From contig NC_068998.1 in the NCBI RefSeq assembly GCF_001194135.2, forward strand, positions 34,490,041 to 34,554,040: 64,000 nucleotides of DNA. The letters run 5' to 3'. Of this stretch, positions 37,750-51,813 are shown in pieces (position 1 is the stretch's first letter; each line of letters begins with the position of its first letter). The notes below the pieces were generated by a model. That model worked only from the letters and a program-made list of their open reading frames with translations, did no database searches and was not told the origin of the DNA. This stretch comes from Octopus bimaculoides. Its lineage: Eukaryota. Both the position numbers and the translations under genes were made by a program.

Positions 37750-37950
37750 TGTTTTCATCCTCTTCTTGACATGGTATAAGGGTTGTAAACAAGCATCACC
37801 ATCCCTGTCTTCTGTGAAAAACCTGTTGGGCCATGTTTGGGAAAAGGTGATGGTAGTTCACAGGAAGGGCATCCAGCCATAGAAAATCTGCTTCAGTGAA
37901 TTCTATCTGACCTGTACAAGCATGGAAAAGTGGACATTAAATTGATGACG
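37750..37950 (+). mobile_element. RTE-tail family variant
   Basis: caggaagggcatccagccatagaaaatctgc..gcatggaaaagtggacattaaattgatgacga. Confidence 0.7.
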
Positions 37951-37963
37951 AGGGCTATGTATG

Positions 37964-38011
<48 letters not shown>

Positions 38012-38623
38012 TAGGTGTGGGGTATGGTGATGTATGAAACTTCTTGATCTCTCATTCACACACACACACATATGCACAATTATATATGTATGTATATTTG
38101 ATTGGTGTGTCAGCTAGAAAGAAACTTGAAGTAATGAAACATTTGTCAAATTTACCAATGATACATGTATATGCATGTGTGTGCTAGTGTGTATATATGT
38201 GTACTGAAGTTTTGACCATCATTTGTGTGATTCTGTCAAAAGAAAAGCGTGTACCTCGGTCTATAAGCAAGTTGATAGGGGGAGTATATTGGAGATATTG
38301 AATAACACTAAATGAACCATATTTTTTTTATTGCAAAGTATATCCCAATAGGGATGATATTATAACATGACCTCAACCAGAGAAGACAAGTATAGCTCAT
38401 TAGCCTTCATTTCTAGATGTTCGTCAATAATATTTAAAATACCTAGAATTAAAGACAATTATTCAAACATCAATGTTTATATGTATAAGTGTATGTATGT
38501 CAACAAATATATGTGTATATCTATGCATGTGTATATGTATACACATAAAACATGAATGTCCACATTCCTAAATTTGCTCACATATACATATGTGTGTATG
38601 TGTGTATTGATAGATAGATATAC

Positions 38624-38655
<32 letters not shown>

Positions 38656-38956
38656 TATACATATTTATAGATGTGTGTGTGTATGTATAGAGAGTGATAC
38701 ATATCATTTATATGTTTATAAATATACATATATATGTGTATTTGCTTTGCAGCCACATGGTTCTGTATAGCATTTTGGGCAAGTGTTTTCTAGTATAGCT
38801 TCCAGCTGACCAAAGATTTGTAAGTAAATTTGAGAGATTGAAAGTGTAAGAAGCTTGTCATATGTACATACATACATACATAGATACATAGATACATACA
38901 TACATACATACATGCGTACATACATACCTACATACATATATATATATATATAAATA

Positions 38957-39368
38957 CAGTGTACATTTAAACACATAAGAAGTATCCATCATAGGATTCC
39001 TTGCACACTAGAAGGAACAGCTAAATCCAAACCACTATTAAGGATAAATTTTGGAGGGAATGAAAAATAAAAACATTTACCATCTATCTCCTGAATCATG
39101 GTTTCAGACTTTTTTAGCAAATAAAATGCTGGATTACCTCGTGCTTATATGTTTAATCTAGGTGTACCTGCTGATGAAGACTTCGTGTAGCAAATTATTT
39201 TATTTGCTAAAAAAGTCTGAAACCATGGTCCAGGAGATAGATGGTAAATGTTTTTATTTTTCATTCCCTTCGAAATTTATCCCTAATAGTGGTTAGGATT
39301 TTAGCTGTTCCTTCTAGCGTGCAAGGAATTCTATGACGGATAACTCTCATGTGTTTAAATGTACACAG
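38957..39368. mobile_element. Fold-back MITE with ~170-bp TIRs and TA flanks (Tc1/mariner-like)
   Basis: Arms 38957-39127 and 39197-39368 are reverse complements with few mismatches; 69-bp spacer; TA on both sides. Confidence 0.9.
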
Positions 39369-39468
39369 TATTTATATGAATAATATATAGTCTATTGACT
39401 AAATTTTTTGACACGCTAGGCCACTGGTAGTAGAAATTTTTAATATTTCTTATTTCCCTGATATTATT

Positions 39469-39522
<54 letters not shown>

Positions 39523-39858
39523 AAAAAATGTGCCTGAAACAGCTGTAGTGATGAATCACTATTCATCTGTTGTTATTTATTTCATTCACCTAACTCAGAA
39601 CCTGCAATTAGCCTTGATCTACATTCTATTGAGTGCAGTACAACTAGTGCAGTGTTTCTACTCAGGTACAGTATGGAGACGTGATATATCCAGTCAAATA
39701 CTTATGATGATACATGCAACTGGAGTATTAATCTGTCTTTACTTCAGTATGTATCCATATGGTCCTCTATTGTTGTTTTGTACATGATAGCAATCTCATT
39801 GACCCGACCTTGATGCTTTATTATTTGAGGATCTGATTCACTCAAATCCTGAACATGC

Positions 39859-39964
<106 letters not shown>

Positions 39965-39967
39965 ATT

Positions 39968-40308
39968 CATACTCTTTTATTCTTTTGCATGTTTCAGTTA
40001 TTTAACCCTGACCATGCCGGAGCACCGCTTTTAGTCAAACAAAATGACCCTAGGACTTGTTCTTTGTAAGCCTAGTATTTATTCTATCAGTCTCTTTTGC
40101 CAAAAAGCTAAGTTTTGGGGATGTAAGCACACCATAGATATATATACATATTTATATACACAATGGGCTTCTTTCAGTTTCCATCTACCAAATCCACTCA
40201 CAAGACTTTGGTCAGCCTGAGACTCTAGTAGAAGACACTCGCCGAAGGTGCCATGCAGTGGGACTGAACCCAGAATCATGTGGTTGGGAAGCAATTACTA
40301 CACAGCCA
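39968..40308 (-). mobile_element. SINE family A, full length
   Basis: ccatctaccaaatccactcacaagactttgg..ctgaacccagaatcatgtggttgggaagc. Followed by a plus-strand 3' half copy at 40310-40525. Confidence 0.85.
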
Positions 40309-40539
40309 TATATGTGTGTGCCTTTGTGTCTGTGTTTCTCTCCCACCACCACTTGACAACTGGTGCTGGTTTGTTTACACTCTCATAACATAGTAATTCA
40401 GCAAAAGAGACTATTAGAATAAATATCAGGCATAAAAATGTACTGGGGTGAATTCATTCCACTAAAATTTTCCAAGGTGGTGCCCCAGCACCGTCATAGT
40501 GTAGTAAATGAAACAAATAAAAAATAAAATATATATAAA

Positions 40540-40593
40540 TACACACACACTCACACATATTTACATATCTCTCTCTCCCTCTAACTATATTTC

Positions 40594-40624
<31 letters not shown>

Positions 40625-40855
40625 CTCTCTCTCTCTCTCTCCCTCTCTCTCTCTCTCATATGTATATACACATATACATATGTCTACATATATATGTATA
40701 TATATACATACATACATATATATATGTGTGTGTATATATATATATACACATATGCACATATATACATATCTATACGTATATATATACACACACACACACA
40801 CACACATATATATATGTATGTGTGCATGTATGTGTGTGTATATACAAACATACAT

Positions 40856-40908
<53 letters not shown>

Positions 40909-40930
40909 TACATAATACATACACACATAC
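40540..40930. repeat. Compound (CT)n/(TA)n/(CA)n microsatellite block
   Basis: Directly visible; explains ORFs at 40454-41087. Confidence 0.95.
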
Positions 40931-41447
40931 AATATAAAACATTTTTACTGGAATAATTTGTGATTTCTTCCTTTTTATATATATCATTATCCTGTTGACT
41001 CACTCGATTAAATTGCTTTAATAAATTTCTGTATTGGCTGAAAATTAAATGTTGTAACACTAATTCAAAAAATACCAATAAAAACATTGGGGCAAAAATT
41101 CATATAATAATATCAGATTTAAGAGTAACTTCAAATATTGTATCGTAATCATCATCATCATCATCATCATCATGAACACCACTACCATCACGACTATCAC
41201 CACCACTACTACCACCACCATCATCATCATCAGCCTCATCATTGTTTAATGTCCATTTTCCATACTGATTTGACAGAATCTGGAGAGCCACAGGGTTTCA
41301 TCAAACTCCATTGTCACCTTCACTCTGGTTTTTATAGTTGGATTCTCATTCTAATGCCAGTCATGTTATAGTGATTATTGTCTATTGATGGATAAGCTAC
41401 AGAACACTAAATGTTCCTTATATGCTTCTTTCTTATATATTCTTGAT

Positions 41448-41751
41448 CAATGATTCTCAAACTTATTTTGTTACATTATCTCTATTGGAATTCCCAAAGA
41501 TCATGGAACCGATCTATGATATTCTGAAATATTTTAGAACCTATACCTACATTTTCTGACAATTCCTGCTTTCCTGATTTTATTAAGATATTAGATGAAA
41601 GAAACATTTTTCTTGGAAAACTTTTTATTTTCTTAAAAAGCATACAACTTTCTATTTTGAGAATAGCGAATACTATTATCTTATCAAATCAATTTTTATG
41701 AAATTTTATTAAAATTTTGGGTTTCTTTGGCACCCACTTTGAGAGACACTG
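41448..41751. mobile_element. hAT/Charlie-type MITE
   Basis: TIRs caatgattctcaaact / actttgagagacactg resemble the Charlie CAGTGGTTCTCAAA end; degenerate 8-bp TSD ttcttgat / gtcttaat (6/8 match). Confidence 0.75.
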
Positions 41752-42764
41752 GTCTTAATCATTCACATTTCCATCTCAAACAGAGGCTGACCATCTCAAA
41801 CAGAGGCTGTTCACTCCTTTGGCTGAGATAAATGATGTGTCTAGATCCTATTAACAAGGCTATGGAAAACAATATTTTCTACAAGAAAACCAATCATCCA
41901 AATACTTTTTCATCAACATTGATAAATTGATTTATTTTTTGGGGGTGTAACTGTATTTATTTAGGCCAATGTCCTATTGTTTTCATTATGTTTGATATCA
42001 AAAAGGCTAAATTTATGTTGTTCTTTTAAATATGAAATAGATATTTTTTTATTTCTTATCATATGATGTTATTTTTGTGATTCTATTATTATTCTGATCC
42101 CCATTATTACATTTTATTCTATATTTTTGCATCATGTTATATTATTTTATGGTGCTGTATTGCCTTAATGCACGTTAGGTATCTTGTATGTGTATTATTG
42201 TAATATTCAATTTAACAATACATGTTATCCAATTTAATCTCATATGTTGCCATTCTACACATGCTTTCCATCTTAATGTCAAAAGTATATCCAAGTTGTA
42301 AATGGGATTGTAACGTCAGTAACAACAAATGATGTTGTCTTTAGAAACATGGCAATAAATATTTCAAGTGTGAGAAGAGAGAGAAAGACATTTAGCATTC
42401 ATGACGACCCTAATGGCATCTGAAGAAGTGAAACCATGTTAGCTATATTTAGGAATCACTCTTACTTGAAGCTTGCTCATTTCTCTAACCTAAAAATTTC
42501 TTTGCATTGCTTGGGTAAGAACGAAAAATCAGAACTTACTGTATCTCCTCCCTCTTAAAATAGTGTCATTTGTATGTCTACTGAAAAGTATGCAAAAATG
42601 AGGAAACTTGTTTCAATGAAATATTAAGCTACTCCTTCCTATGAAGCAGAGAACAAGATACAGAGAATAAAGTAATGTCTACATATGTATTGACCTCTAA
42701 ATTGTCCTCAAATTACACCAACCAGCTTCCAACCCACCAAAAAAAAAGAGAGAGAATGAACAGA

Positions 42765-42827
42765 TTAGCTTGTGTGGTCTGACTTCTTCACAGCTGGAAC
42801 ATCTTTAGCTACATAGACAGAGCTGAC
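42765..42827 (-). CDS. Possible terminal coding exon (VSSVYVAKDVPAVKKSDHTS*)
   Basis: Acceptor ttttgtttaaatccag| followed by 20 open codons to TAA. No homology recognised; could be chance. Confidence 0.2.
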   Translation of the reverse strand, partial: VSSVYVAKDVPAVKKSDHTS

Positions 42828-43357
42828 CTGGATTTAAACAAAATATAACAACAGCCAAACATATTTTGAATTAACGATATCCCACATATGGCTTCTACTA
42901 AAATTCCAATAAAATTTCACAGTCCAAACTAAACTGAGAGTTAGGAAGAACCTGAGAAAATAAGATATATCGAAATAAATGTTAAAACATAAAAAATATT
43001 CATACACCACCCACAAGGTAATACACAGCATAAATCAAAACAAATTAAAATCTAGAATGAACTTGTATAAGCAAAGTATTAAAAATAAAATTTAAAAATA
43101 GATGATATTTTGGATAGACATTATGATTAGCATATTAATAATTATTGATTTTGCCACAAGACAACGATTTAGGTATTACATGGCTGTCTTGGTCATTGCA
43201 GCTGTTAGTTTGCAGAAATGTTTAGCCACAAACAGTGGAATTGATTGTCATTCTTTGTTCATGACTGTAGAGTTAAAACAAATCAAGATGGTTTAAAATT
43301 GATAGTTAAATAATGAGTTACTCACTTTTACGCCTCCTTTTTTATTATTATGAAATC

Positions 43358-43394
43358 CTCATCATCATCATCGTCGTCGTCGTCGTCGTCATCG

Positions 43395-43475
<81 letters not shown>
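43358..43475. repeat. (CAT)n/(CGT)n microsatellite
   Basis: Directly visible; source of the poly-Asp ORF. Confidence 0.95.
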
Positions 43476-43672
43476 ATATAATTTAGTTTTATTTTCGTCA
43501 GTTCTACCTTTTGTCTGTTGATTGTCATTGCTCACTGAGTTAAATAAAACTGTCTCAAAAGAAATATATATATATATATATATATACATGAATATATAAA
43601 TAAATGAATATATTAATCGATAAATTTAGCAAATAGNNNNNNNNNNNNNNNNNNNNNNNNNNNNNNNNNNNN

Positions 43673-43720
<48 letters not shown>

Positions 43721-44651
43721 TCCTTTTTAGCAGTTTGTAGCTGCATGTGTCTATATATGTGTATAAGTGTAAAGTTTATAGCAATATATATTTACAATTA
43801 TAGGAAGGTAGACATATAGTCATACATACTCTTCACAGCCACATAGTTTGAGGTTTGGCCCCCACTGCATGGCACTTGGGCAAGTGTCTTTATTGTTACT
43901 CAGTATGGTAAACAGAAGCTGAAAGAAACTCCTCATATATAAGTGAAGAATGGAGTTACTGGCATTATATTTATTCTATGGTTTACAATCATTTCTTTAA
44001 CATATGGGTGACAAATCAAATACCATGCATAAAGAAATGAATGAGAATACTGATATAGTTGTCTCATTTATATAATGCCTATTATGTAATGATTTCCTCA
44101 TAGTCATTTAGCCACAACTGAATGAACAAATACTGGATATTTAACTTATAAAGGAAAATTATGGTAATCTCATGAAAAGTTGTCTCCAAGTTCTAGTAGA
44201 AAGCGGCTAATAATGGAATCTCAAAAAGAAACAAATTGGAGTGATTAACTGTATTTTTCAATGTCACCGGTGCCATTCATCAGTTAACCCAAGTGTCTAC
44301 ATGTTTGTCTGCCTGGCTCAAAAATCTGGGTAATTTTGGCAACTGGCTTTAAGTTAATGTTTCAGGCAGTGCGAGTGGGATAAAGGGTTCACTCATCAAA
44401 AGTTGAGGTTTGCTAAAGATAAGGATAGAGAAGATGTGTGACTTGGAGAGTGAATCGAAGAGAATTAGAACCCATACACTCACACACACTACATTGGCAC
44501 CATAGACAAAAGAGATAAAATATATATGCCATATACATATATTCCTATATACACAGAGAGATATATCAACTGACTCACTCACATTTAGACTAGTAAAGGT
44601 TCATATACATACATATATACAATACAAACTCATGTTGGCCATATGTGTGTA

Positions 44652-44689
<38 letters not shown>

Positions 44690-44695
<6 letters not shown>

Positions 44696-45019
44696 TTTGA
44701 GGAAACCTTGTCTCCCTTCTAAAGCAAGACATTTTTTGCGCCTCAATTCTGCTCCCCCAGCTGTAGGGTCTTGTTCTGCAAGTTACTTGGTGACCTCATT
44801 GATGCTGGTGCCATGTAAAAAGCACCCAGTACACACTTTAAAGTGGTTGGCATTAGACGGGAACATCCAGCTGTAGAAACCATGCCAAAACAGACATCAG
44901 AGACCAGTGCAGTCTTCTGACTTACGAATTCCTGTCAAACTCTCCATGCCTACATGGAAAATGGATATTAAATAATGATGATAATGATGATGACGATGAT
45001 GATGGTGATGATGTTGGTG

Positions 45020-45020
<1 letters not shown>
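44690..45020 (+). mobile_element. RTE-tail family C copy
   Basis: aagtggttggcattagacgggaacatccagctgtagaaaccatgcc..atggaaaatggatattaaataatgatgat. Confidence 0.75.
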
Positions 45021-45101
<81 letters not shown>

Positions 45102-45131
45102 TAGATAGNNNNNNNNNNTAGATAGATAGAT

Positions 45132-45222
<91 letters not shown>

Positions 45223-45856
45223 TAGATACATAGATAGACATATATGTATATAAATGGTGAATAGGTATTCAGAAAATCAAACAGAGCTCACAGTAAGCAC
45301 TCTACATGGGTCGAGCTATCAGATAACACATTAGTTAAGTTTAGGATGTAATTTAATGACATTATTATTCTAGAAATCCAGGAAGTAAATATTGTGGAGT
45401 ATATGATTAATGCATTGCAAGAGAAGTATTTATTTTTATGTATACATCTGTTTCGTAATCCATATTCAGTTACGTCATCAATACTAATTATAAGTTGCAT
45501 ATCAATGGTTTACACTTTACAGTACCCTTCATTTTTATAGACATACATGTAAGTTTGCACACATAATCATATGATAGCATAATGAAGTACTGAACAAAAC
45601 TGCTCTTCAGAACATTTTATGGGCATTAAATATTTAACTCTGTTGTATGAAGTTGGGTCAACCCAATTTATATTGTATTGCTAGAATAGAGAAAATTTTC
45701 TTGTATACAACATACCCCTCTAGATTTCAGAAACACCCAGTGTACCGAGAACATATCATCACAAATGTTACAATATGAAAATTTAAAAATAAAGATTATA
45801 AATAAAAGTAACAATAACAAAACAAATAAAAAACATTAATATGTTGTATATATGTA

Positions 45857-46050
45857 AGGCAATGAGCTAGCAGAATTGTTAGTATCATGGGCTGTTTTTA
45901 CATTCTGAGTTCAAATTCCACCAAGGTCGACTTTGCCTTCCATCCTTTCAGGGTTAATAAAGAAGCATTAGTCAAGCACTTGGGTCAATGTAATCAACTT
46001 TCCTCCTCTCCTAAACTTACTGGCCATGTGCCAAAATTTGAAACTAATAT
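45857..46050 (+). mobile_element. SINE family B copy
   Basis: ttctgagttcaaattccaccaaggtcgactttgccttccatcctttcagggttaataaa..gtgccaaaatttgaaac. Confidence 0.85.
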
Positions 46051-46748
46051 ATTGGGTGTGTGTGTGTGTCTGTGTGTGTGTATTTACATTTGCATTTTAT
46101 GAAGATCACATGCTATATGTGGTGTGTCTGTGTATACTTGTCTTGTCAACAAATTATCTACTGATAGCCATATATTCACTAACACAGGTGTGTGTGTGAT
46201 TGTGTGTGTATGTGTGTGTGATGTGTGAATATATTTATATACTTGTGTGTGTGTATATGCCTATGCTTATATTATTCATATGTTTTTTTTTCAGAACCCA
46301 CAATTCAATATTTTCACTGGGGCTGTAGGTTCTAATCCAGCTATATGAACTCTGCTTTAGTATCAAAATAAGAAAATACTGTGTTATACTCTTTGTTAAA
46401 GCTTTACCAAACATTGTTGTACAGGAGTAGAAAAATATTATACATAGGTTATGTCTTGTATTTTGTAATATGGTTAATATTGTTTTCTTTTTAATATAAA
46501 ATGAAAAATAATAGATAGCAATTCTCAAGGTAGAAGAGGTGATATGTATATAACAAGTAATATAGCTTTCAGAAATGATATCTTCTAACACTGCATTTTT
46601 ATTATTACCTGTGTGGGATTTTATTTCATTTAAAGAACCAAATGTTTCAGACAAGATATGATTTCAAATGAAATTATATATTTCTTCAGTCATTTAATTA
46701 TTTTTTCGTAATAGTGAAGAAATTTCAAATGGTACTGTTGCTGTTGCA

Positions 46749-46920
46749 TCTTCTTCTTCTTCTTCTTCTTCTTCTTCTTCTTCTTCTTCTTCTTCTTCTT
46801 CTTCTTCTTCTTCTTCTTCTTCTTCTTCTTCTTCTTCTTCTTCTTCTTCTTCTTCTTCTTCTTCTTCTTCTTCTTCTTCTTCTTCTTCTTCTTCTTTCAT
46901 AGTAGTAGTAGTAGTAGTAG
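46749..46920. repeat. (CTT)n followed by (AGT)n microsatellite
   Basis: Directly visible; source of the poly-E/R/L ORFs. Confidence 0.95.
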
Positions 46921-47594
46921 TATATTTCATTGCAGAGTATGGATTTAAAATACTGACTTTTGTTGTTTTCTTCCTTCATCTTAAAAGTCAAACTTTAACA
47001 AAAGGCCCTAAATAGAAAGTAGAGTAGATTAGATTATGGACAGCTTCAAGTTGAGTGAATATTTGAAGCAGTTGCATGCCTTGCTTTGCTGTTCAGCCAT
47101 TTAAGTAAAAGTGATGGCATTTTAGGAATTTAACCTACTGCTCCAGTGATAATTGGTATAACTTACACTTTTGCAGTTGAACACACCTAGATTCTTGATA
47201 TCTCTACTTGAAAGTAGCATAGTTTAAGAAACTTTTCTGCATTTTTATCTGCAATGTTTTTGTTCAAAGCAATTTCAACATTTATAATTGAAATGTTAAT
47301 TTTGTTGTTATAACGACACTTAATCTGCAGTGTTCAATTGTTTTCTCTATCTGGATATCAAAATCCCAGAGAATTTTGATTTCTAAGTTCAGTTAGAGCC
47401 TTTTCTACTCCATAATTATATCACCAGTCTGAAATATGGGATCCATATTTTTACAAAGTAACCAGTGTAAATTAAGATGAACCTTATAATAATAATTCTT
47501 GTACTTCTTCTGAGGTAGCATTTTGTAACTTGCTACAATATACTGAATATTTTTCTCTTGCTGATAATAGAGGTAGATATATCTTTTTTTTCTA

Positions 47595-47925
47595 TCTTTT
47601 ACTTGCTTCAGTCATTAGATGGCAGCCAAGCTGGAGCCCCGCCTTGAGGAATTTTTAGTCAAATGAATTGACCAGCAGTGCTTATGATAGTATTTTAAAC
47701 CTGGTACTTATTCTGTCAGTATCCTTTGCTGAATGGCTAAGTTATGGGGATATAAGCACACCAACACTAGTTGTCAAGCAGTAGTAGGGGACAAACTCAT
47801 ATATAAACATGATAGGCTTCTTTCAGTTTCCATCTACCAGATCCACTAACAAAGCTTTGAACTGCTTGAGGTTATAGTACAAGATACTCACGCTAGGTGC
47901 CAGACATTGGAACTGAACTTGAGGC
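47595..47925 (-). mobile_element. SINE family A (degenerate)
   Basis: cttgcttcagtcattagat..caccaacactagttgtcaagc..tttcagtttccatctacc. Confidence 0.75.
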
Positions 47926-49041
47926 AAATAAATACACTTGCTCATTGAATTTGTGCTTAGAGCTTGATCTGCAGCAGCTACAACTATTCTGATTTGGTAT
48001 GTTTTCTTTTCCTTACATTCAACGCAAGTCATTATTGTTGTTGTTGTTATTGGTAGTAGCAGCAGAAGAGGAGATAGTGGCAGTGGCAGCAGCAGTCACA
48101 GTAGGGGAAGCAGTGACATGGTTGTTGTTATTTGTAACTTAAACAGTTAAGGTACTTTCCAAGAATATTCATATTATTTTGATTCTGTTTTTCTTCTGCA
48201 ATGAAATGATAGTTTATATCATAATTCAAATGCATCAATTGCTTTGAATTCCTTCTTTGAATCAAAACTAAAGTTTATAATCAAATGTTATAAAACTTTC
48301 TTTCGTATGCCAAGCATTTAGTTCAGAAATATCAATCTGAATTTATGTCCAGCCTTAAACTGGACATAATTTCAATTTTTGTTGTCCATATGATTTAAAT
48401 CTTTATTAGATTTATCGGGTTAAAATCAGACACATCTGACAACTCTGCTCACAGATATCATCACTCATTCATTTACAGAATAAAAGGCATTTGTTTCATA
48501 GAAGAAATAGACAGGTTCTGGCAAAAATGCAAGAAAATAAATATATCCGTAAAGCAACATGTTTGTTAATATTTGTGGCACTCTAGCTTCTTTGAATGAA
48601 AATTGTGTGGCTTCAATAATTTTGATAGTTTCACCTGATTTTTCAACACATTCCTGAATGCATTTGACATTTATTCATGTTTTGCATTTAGTAAGTTTCC
48701 TTATTTGTGGCTATTTCGTTTTTCTTTCTGGAGTCTTTCTCTGGTGGTGATTGTGGGGAATGTTTGATATCATGAACTGTGTGTTTTATAGTATTATTTT
48801 CGTGAAAACCAATCCAATGAAGAAGTAAAAATCACATATGTTATTTATTAAGGCTATGCTGTATGAATATGTTTTGAGAGCCTTGATTATTTATGAAATC
48901 AAGCAATGCCATTAAGATAATAAGTAATTAATCTCTGATAGGTTTTAATTCTCCATATCTCCATGATAACCCTGTTACACTTTGAGATTTAGTCTCCATT
49001 GAGTATAATGCATTCAAAGATGGCATGTCATTTAATCTAAC

Positions 49042-49112
49042 CTCCAGAGACTTGAAGAGGCTCTGACTAGTCTCAGACCTATTGCAGAGTGGTTCTGCAC
49101 TTATTGTCATCT
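49042..49112 (-). CDS. Possible internal coding exon (EMTISAEPLCNRSETSQSLFKSLE)
   Basis: Acceptor tcttgctttcctag| and donor GAG|gttaga; only one open frame, which lies within ORF 48928..49287. No homology recognised. Confidence 0.25.
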
Positions 49113-49354
49113 CTAGGAAAGCAAGATATATCCATAAAGGTAGACATAGATGGCAAGCACAGGACACACATTTATTTTTGTTGTGAAACATCTCATCAAA
49201 ACATTTTTCAACAGTTTTGTAGAGTTTCACCTCTTGCCTTCTGAGTACAGTTTTAACCAATTCATAGAAAACACTAAAGCACTTCATTCACAAGGTATTT
49301 TTTTCTTTGGTGATAAATCTGAGTCATATTGCAGCTTGCTCATTTCTTCTGACA

Positions 49355-49777
49355 TACTCTTTACTCTTTTACTCTTTTACTTGTTTCAGTCATTTGACTG
49401 CGGCCATGCTGGAGCAACGCTTTTTAGTCAATCAAATCGACCCCAGGACTTATTCTTTGTAAGCCTAGTACTTATTCAATCGGTCTCTTTTGCCGAACCC
49501 CTAGGTGACGGGGACGTAAACACACCATCATCAGTTGTCAAGCGATGTTGGGGGGACAAACACAGACACACAAACATATACACACACATACATATATATA
49601 TATACATATATATTACGGGCTTCTTTCAGTTTCTGTCTACCAAATCCACTCACAAGGCTTTGGTCAGCCCGAGGCTATAGTAGAAAACACTTGCCCAAGG
49701 TGCCATGCAATGGGACTGTACCCAGAACCATGTGGTTGGTAAGCAAGCTACTTACCACGCAGTCACTCCTGTGCCTA
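49355..49777 (-). mobile_element. SINE family A, full length, relatively young
   Basis: (actctttt)n tail and all domains present; several CpGs retained. Confidence 0.9.
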
Positions 49778-50139
49778 ACATCTAGCATTTCATGAATGAT
49801 GATGGAATATTTTAAACACTTTTTCGCATTGCTTACCTAAAAACTACCTTAACTATGACATCAAAACTATTTTGAATATCAACTGAAATTCACTTCTTGT
49901 ATGCAACTAACTGACATGGAAAACGTTGAAGTTTTTAAAAAGTATCATAGTTAATATCATGAACTTTGTCCAAGTTAGTGTGGCCCTCTGTTTAGTTAAG
50001 TTTCTTTTAACAGTGAATAATTAAGTTTCAGACTGGTGGTACAATCATGTCATAGAAAAGGCTTTAAGTGAACTTGGAAATCAAAATTCTCTGGGATTTT
50101 GACATCTAGACTGAGGAAACCACTGAACACGGCAGATTA

Positions 50140-50695
50140 TCATTGGTAATAAGGTTGCTTCTCAACCACATGGTTCCAGGTTCAGTCCGTGAGCATGTGT
50201 CTTCTATTACAGCCCTGGGGCCAACCAAAGCCTTGTAAATGAATTTGGTGGATGGTAACTGAATGAAGCTCATTGTATATGTGTATGTGTGTATGCATGT
50301 GTGTGTGTGTGTGTTTATCCCCCATACCACTTGACAAGCTTGCAATTTGGCAAAAGAAAGTCCAATATAATAAGTGCTGCTACGTTCTGAGTTCAAATTC
50401 CGCCGAGGTCAACTTTGCCTTTCATCCTTTCGGGGTCGATTAAATAAGTACCAGTTATGCACTGGGTTCAGTATAATCGACTTAATCCATTTGTCTGTCC
50501 TTGTTTGTCCCCTCTGTGTGTAACCCCTTGTGGGAAGTAAATAAATAACAAATATAATAAGTCCCAGACTTAAAAAAAAAGAAAGAAATAGTGAAGTCAA
50601 CTACTTTAACAAAAATCCCTTCAAGGTGATGCCCCAGCATGGCCACAGTCGCATGACTGAAAGAAGTAAATGACAAAAGATAAAAAATATGTATG
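50140..50695 (+). mobile_element. SINE family A interrupted by a SINE family B insertion (50376-50550)
   Basis: Family A head and 3' half flank a family B body; 12-bp TSD AATATAATAAGT at 50364-50375 and 50551-50562. Confidence 0.85.
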
Positions 50696-50929
50696 TATAT
50701 GTATGCATGTTTCAGTGTGTATATATTTCCCTTGTCTTGATATGTGCATGTTAAATATAAACAAAAGTCACTGTTAATCAAAGACAGTGTTATTGTATAT
50801 TATTCCTTCTCAGATGCCTATTCAGCCATTGAGGTTTTCACTGTTAAAAGGACAAAGGGAAATATTACCTGACTTGCAACTGAGTGAAGATATGCAACAG
50901 GAAGAACATCTGCACCTTTAACCATTTAC

Positions 50930-51270
50930 GTGTTTCTGTCATTAGACTGTGCACATGCCTTGAAGAATTTTTAGTTAAATGAATTGACTCCAGTAGTCTT
51001 TATTTTAATCCTGTAACTTATTCTGTTGATTTCTTTTGCCATAAACATACTAACACAAGTTATGAAGCAGTGGTGGGGTCCAAAAACATGCACACATACA
51101 CACACATATTCGATGGGTTTCTTTCAGTTTCCATCTACCAAATCCACTCATAAGGCTTTAGTTGACCTGAGGCTATAGTAGAAGACATTTGCCTAATGTG
51201 CCATGGCAATGGGACTGAACTCAGAACCATGTGTTTGGGAAGCAAGCTTCTTACCACAGAGCCACACCTG
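50930..51270 (-). mobile_element. SINE family A (degenerate)
   Basis: ctttcagtttccatctaccaaatccactcataaggc..gggactgaactcagaaccatgtg. Confidence 0.8.
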
Positions 51271-51399
51271 CTTCAACAAAATTTATCTCATACATGCAAG
51301 TATGAAAAAGTGGACATTGATGTCAATCATATTGACCCCAACAACTTATTTCAGTTTAGTTCTTTCATCTATTCATCCATCTTCTTCACCCACTATTTC

Positions 51400-51630
51400 T
51401 GGGAAGAATGTTAGGATAGAGTCCTCAGGCACAACCTCTACAAGGGTCCTGTCAGAAGCAACCATTATTACACTTCCTGGCTGGATTCTCAAGTGTAACT
51501 ACCTGATATTATCCAACCATCTCATTCTTGGTCTACCCCAAGGTCTCCAGCTATTTGACTTGGCTACAAGACTCCATCTCTTGATACTTTCCAACAACAT
51601 TCTATTCATATGTCTGTTGTATCAGAATTG
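51400..51630 (-). mobile_element. RTE-clade LINE C-terminal remnant
   Basis: Minus translation ..LLESIK..SNSWRPWGRPRMRWLDNIR*..VIMVASDR matches the RTE GRPRxRWxD motif. Confidence 0.55.
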
Positions 51631-51774
51631 AGACCTATCAATACAGTGGAGTAGTAGCTCAACCTACTAGTACTTAAATTATCAATTGTTATTTATTGAA
51701 TGGCTGTGTTTCAGTTGTTTTTAAATAAAGGGAGGCACAGAGAGCTACAGAAATATAATCAAACAAACCCATTG

Positions 51775-51813
<39 letters not shown>

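Noticed and set aside
39165-39196. CTGATGAAGAC in the spacer of the fold-back MITE as a hammerhead
   Set aside because: No GAAA box or stems I/III follow.
44245-44290. Minus-strand CTGATGA...GAAA hairpin
   Set aside because: Stem II is out of register and no UH cleavage triplet precedes the putative stem I; it is best explained as a short palindrome.
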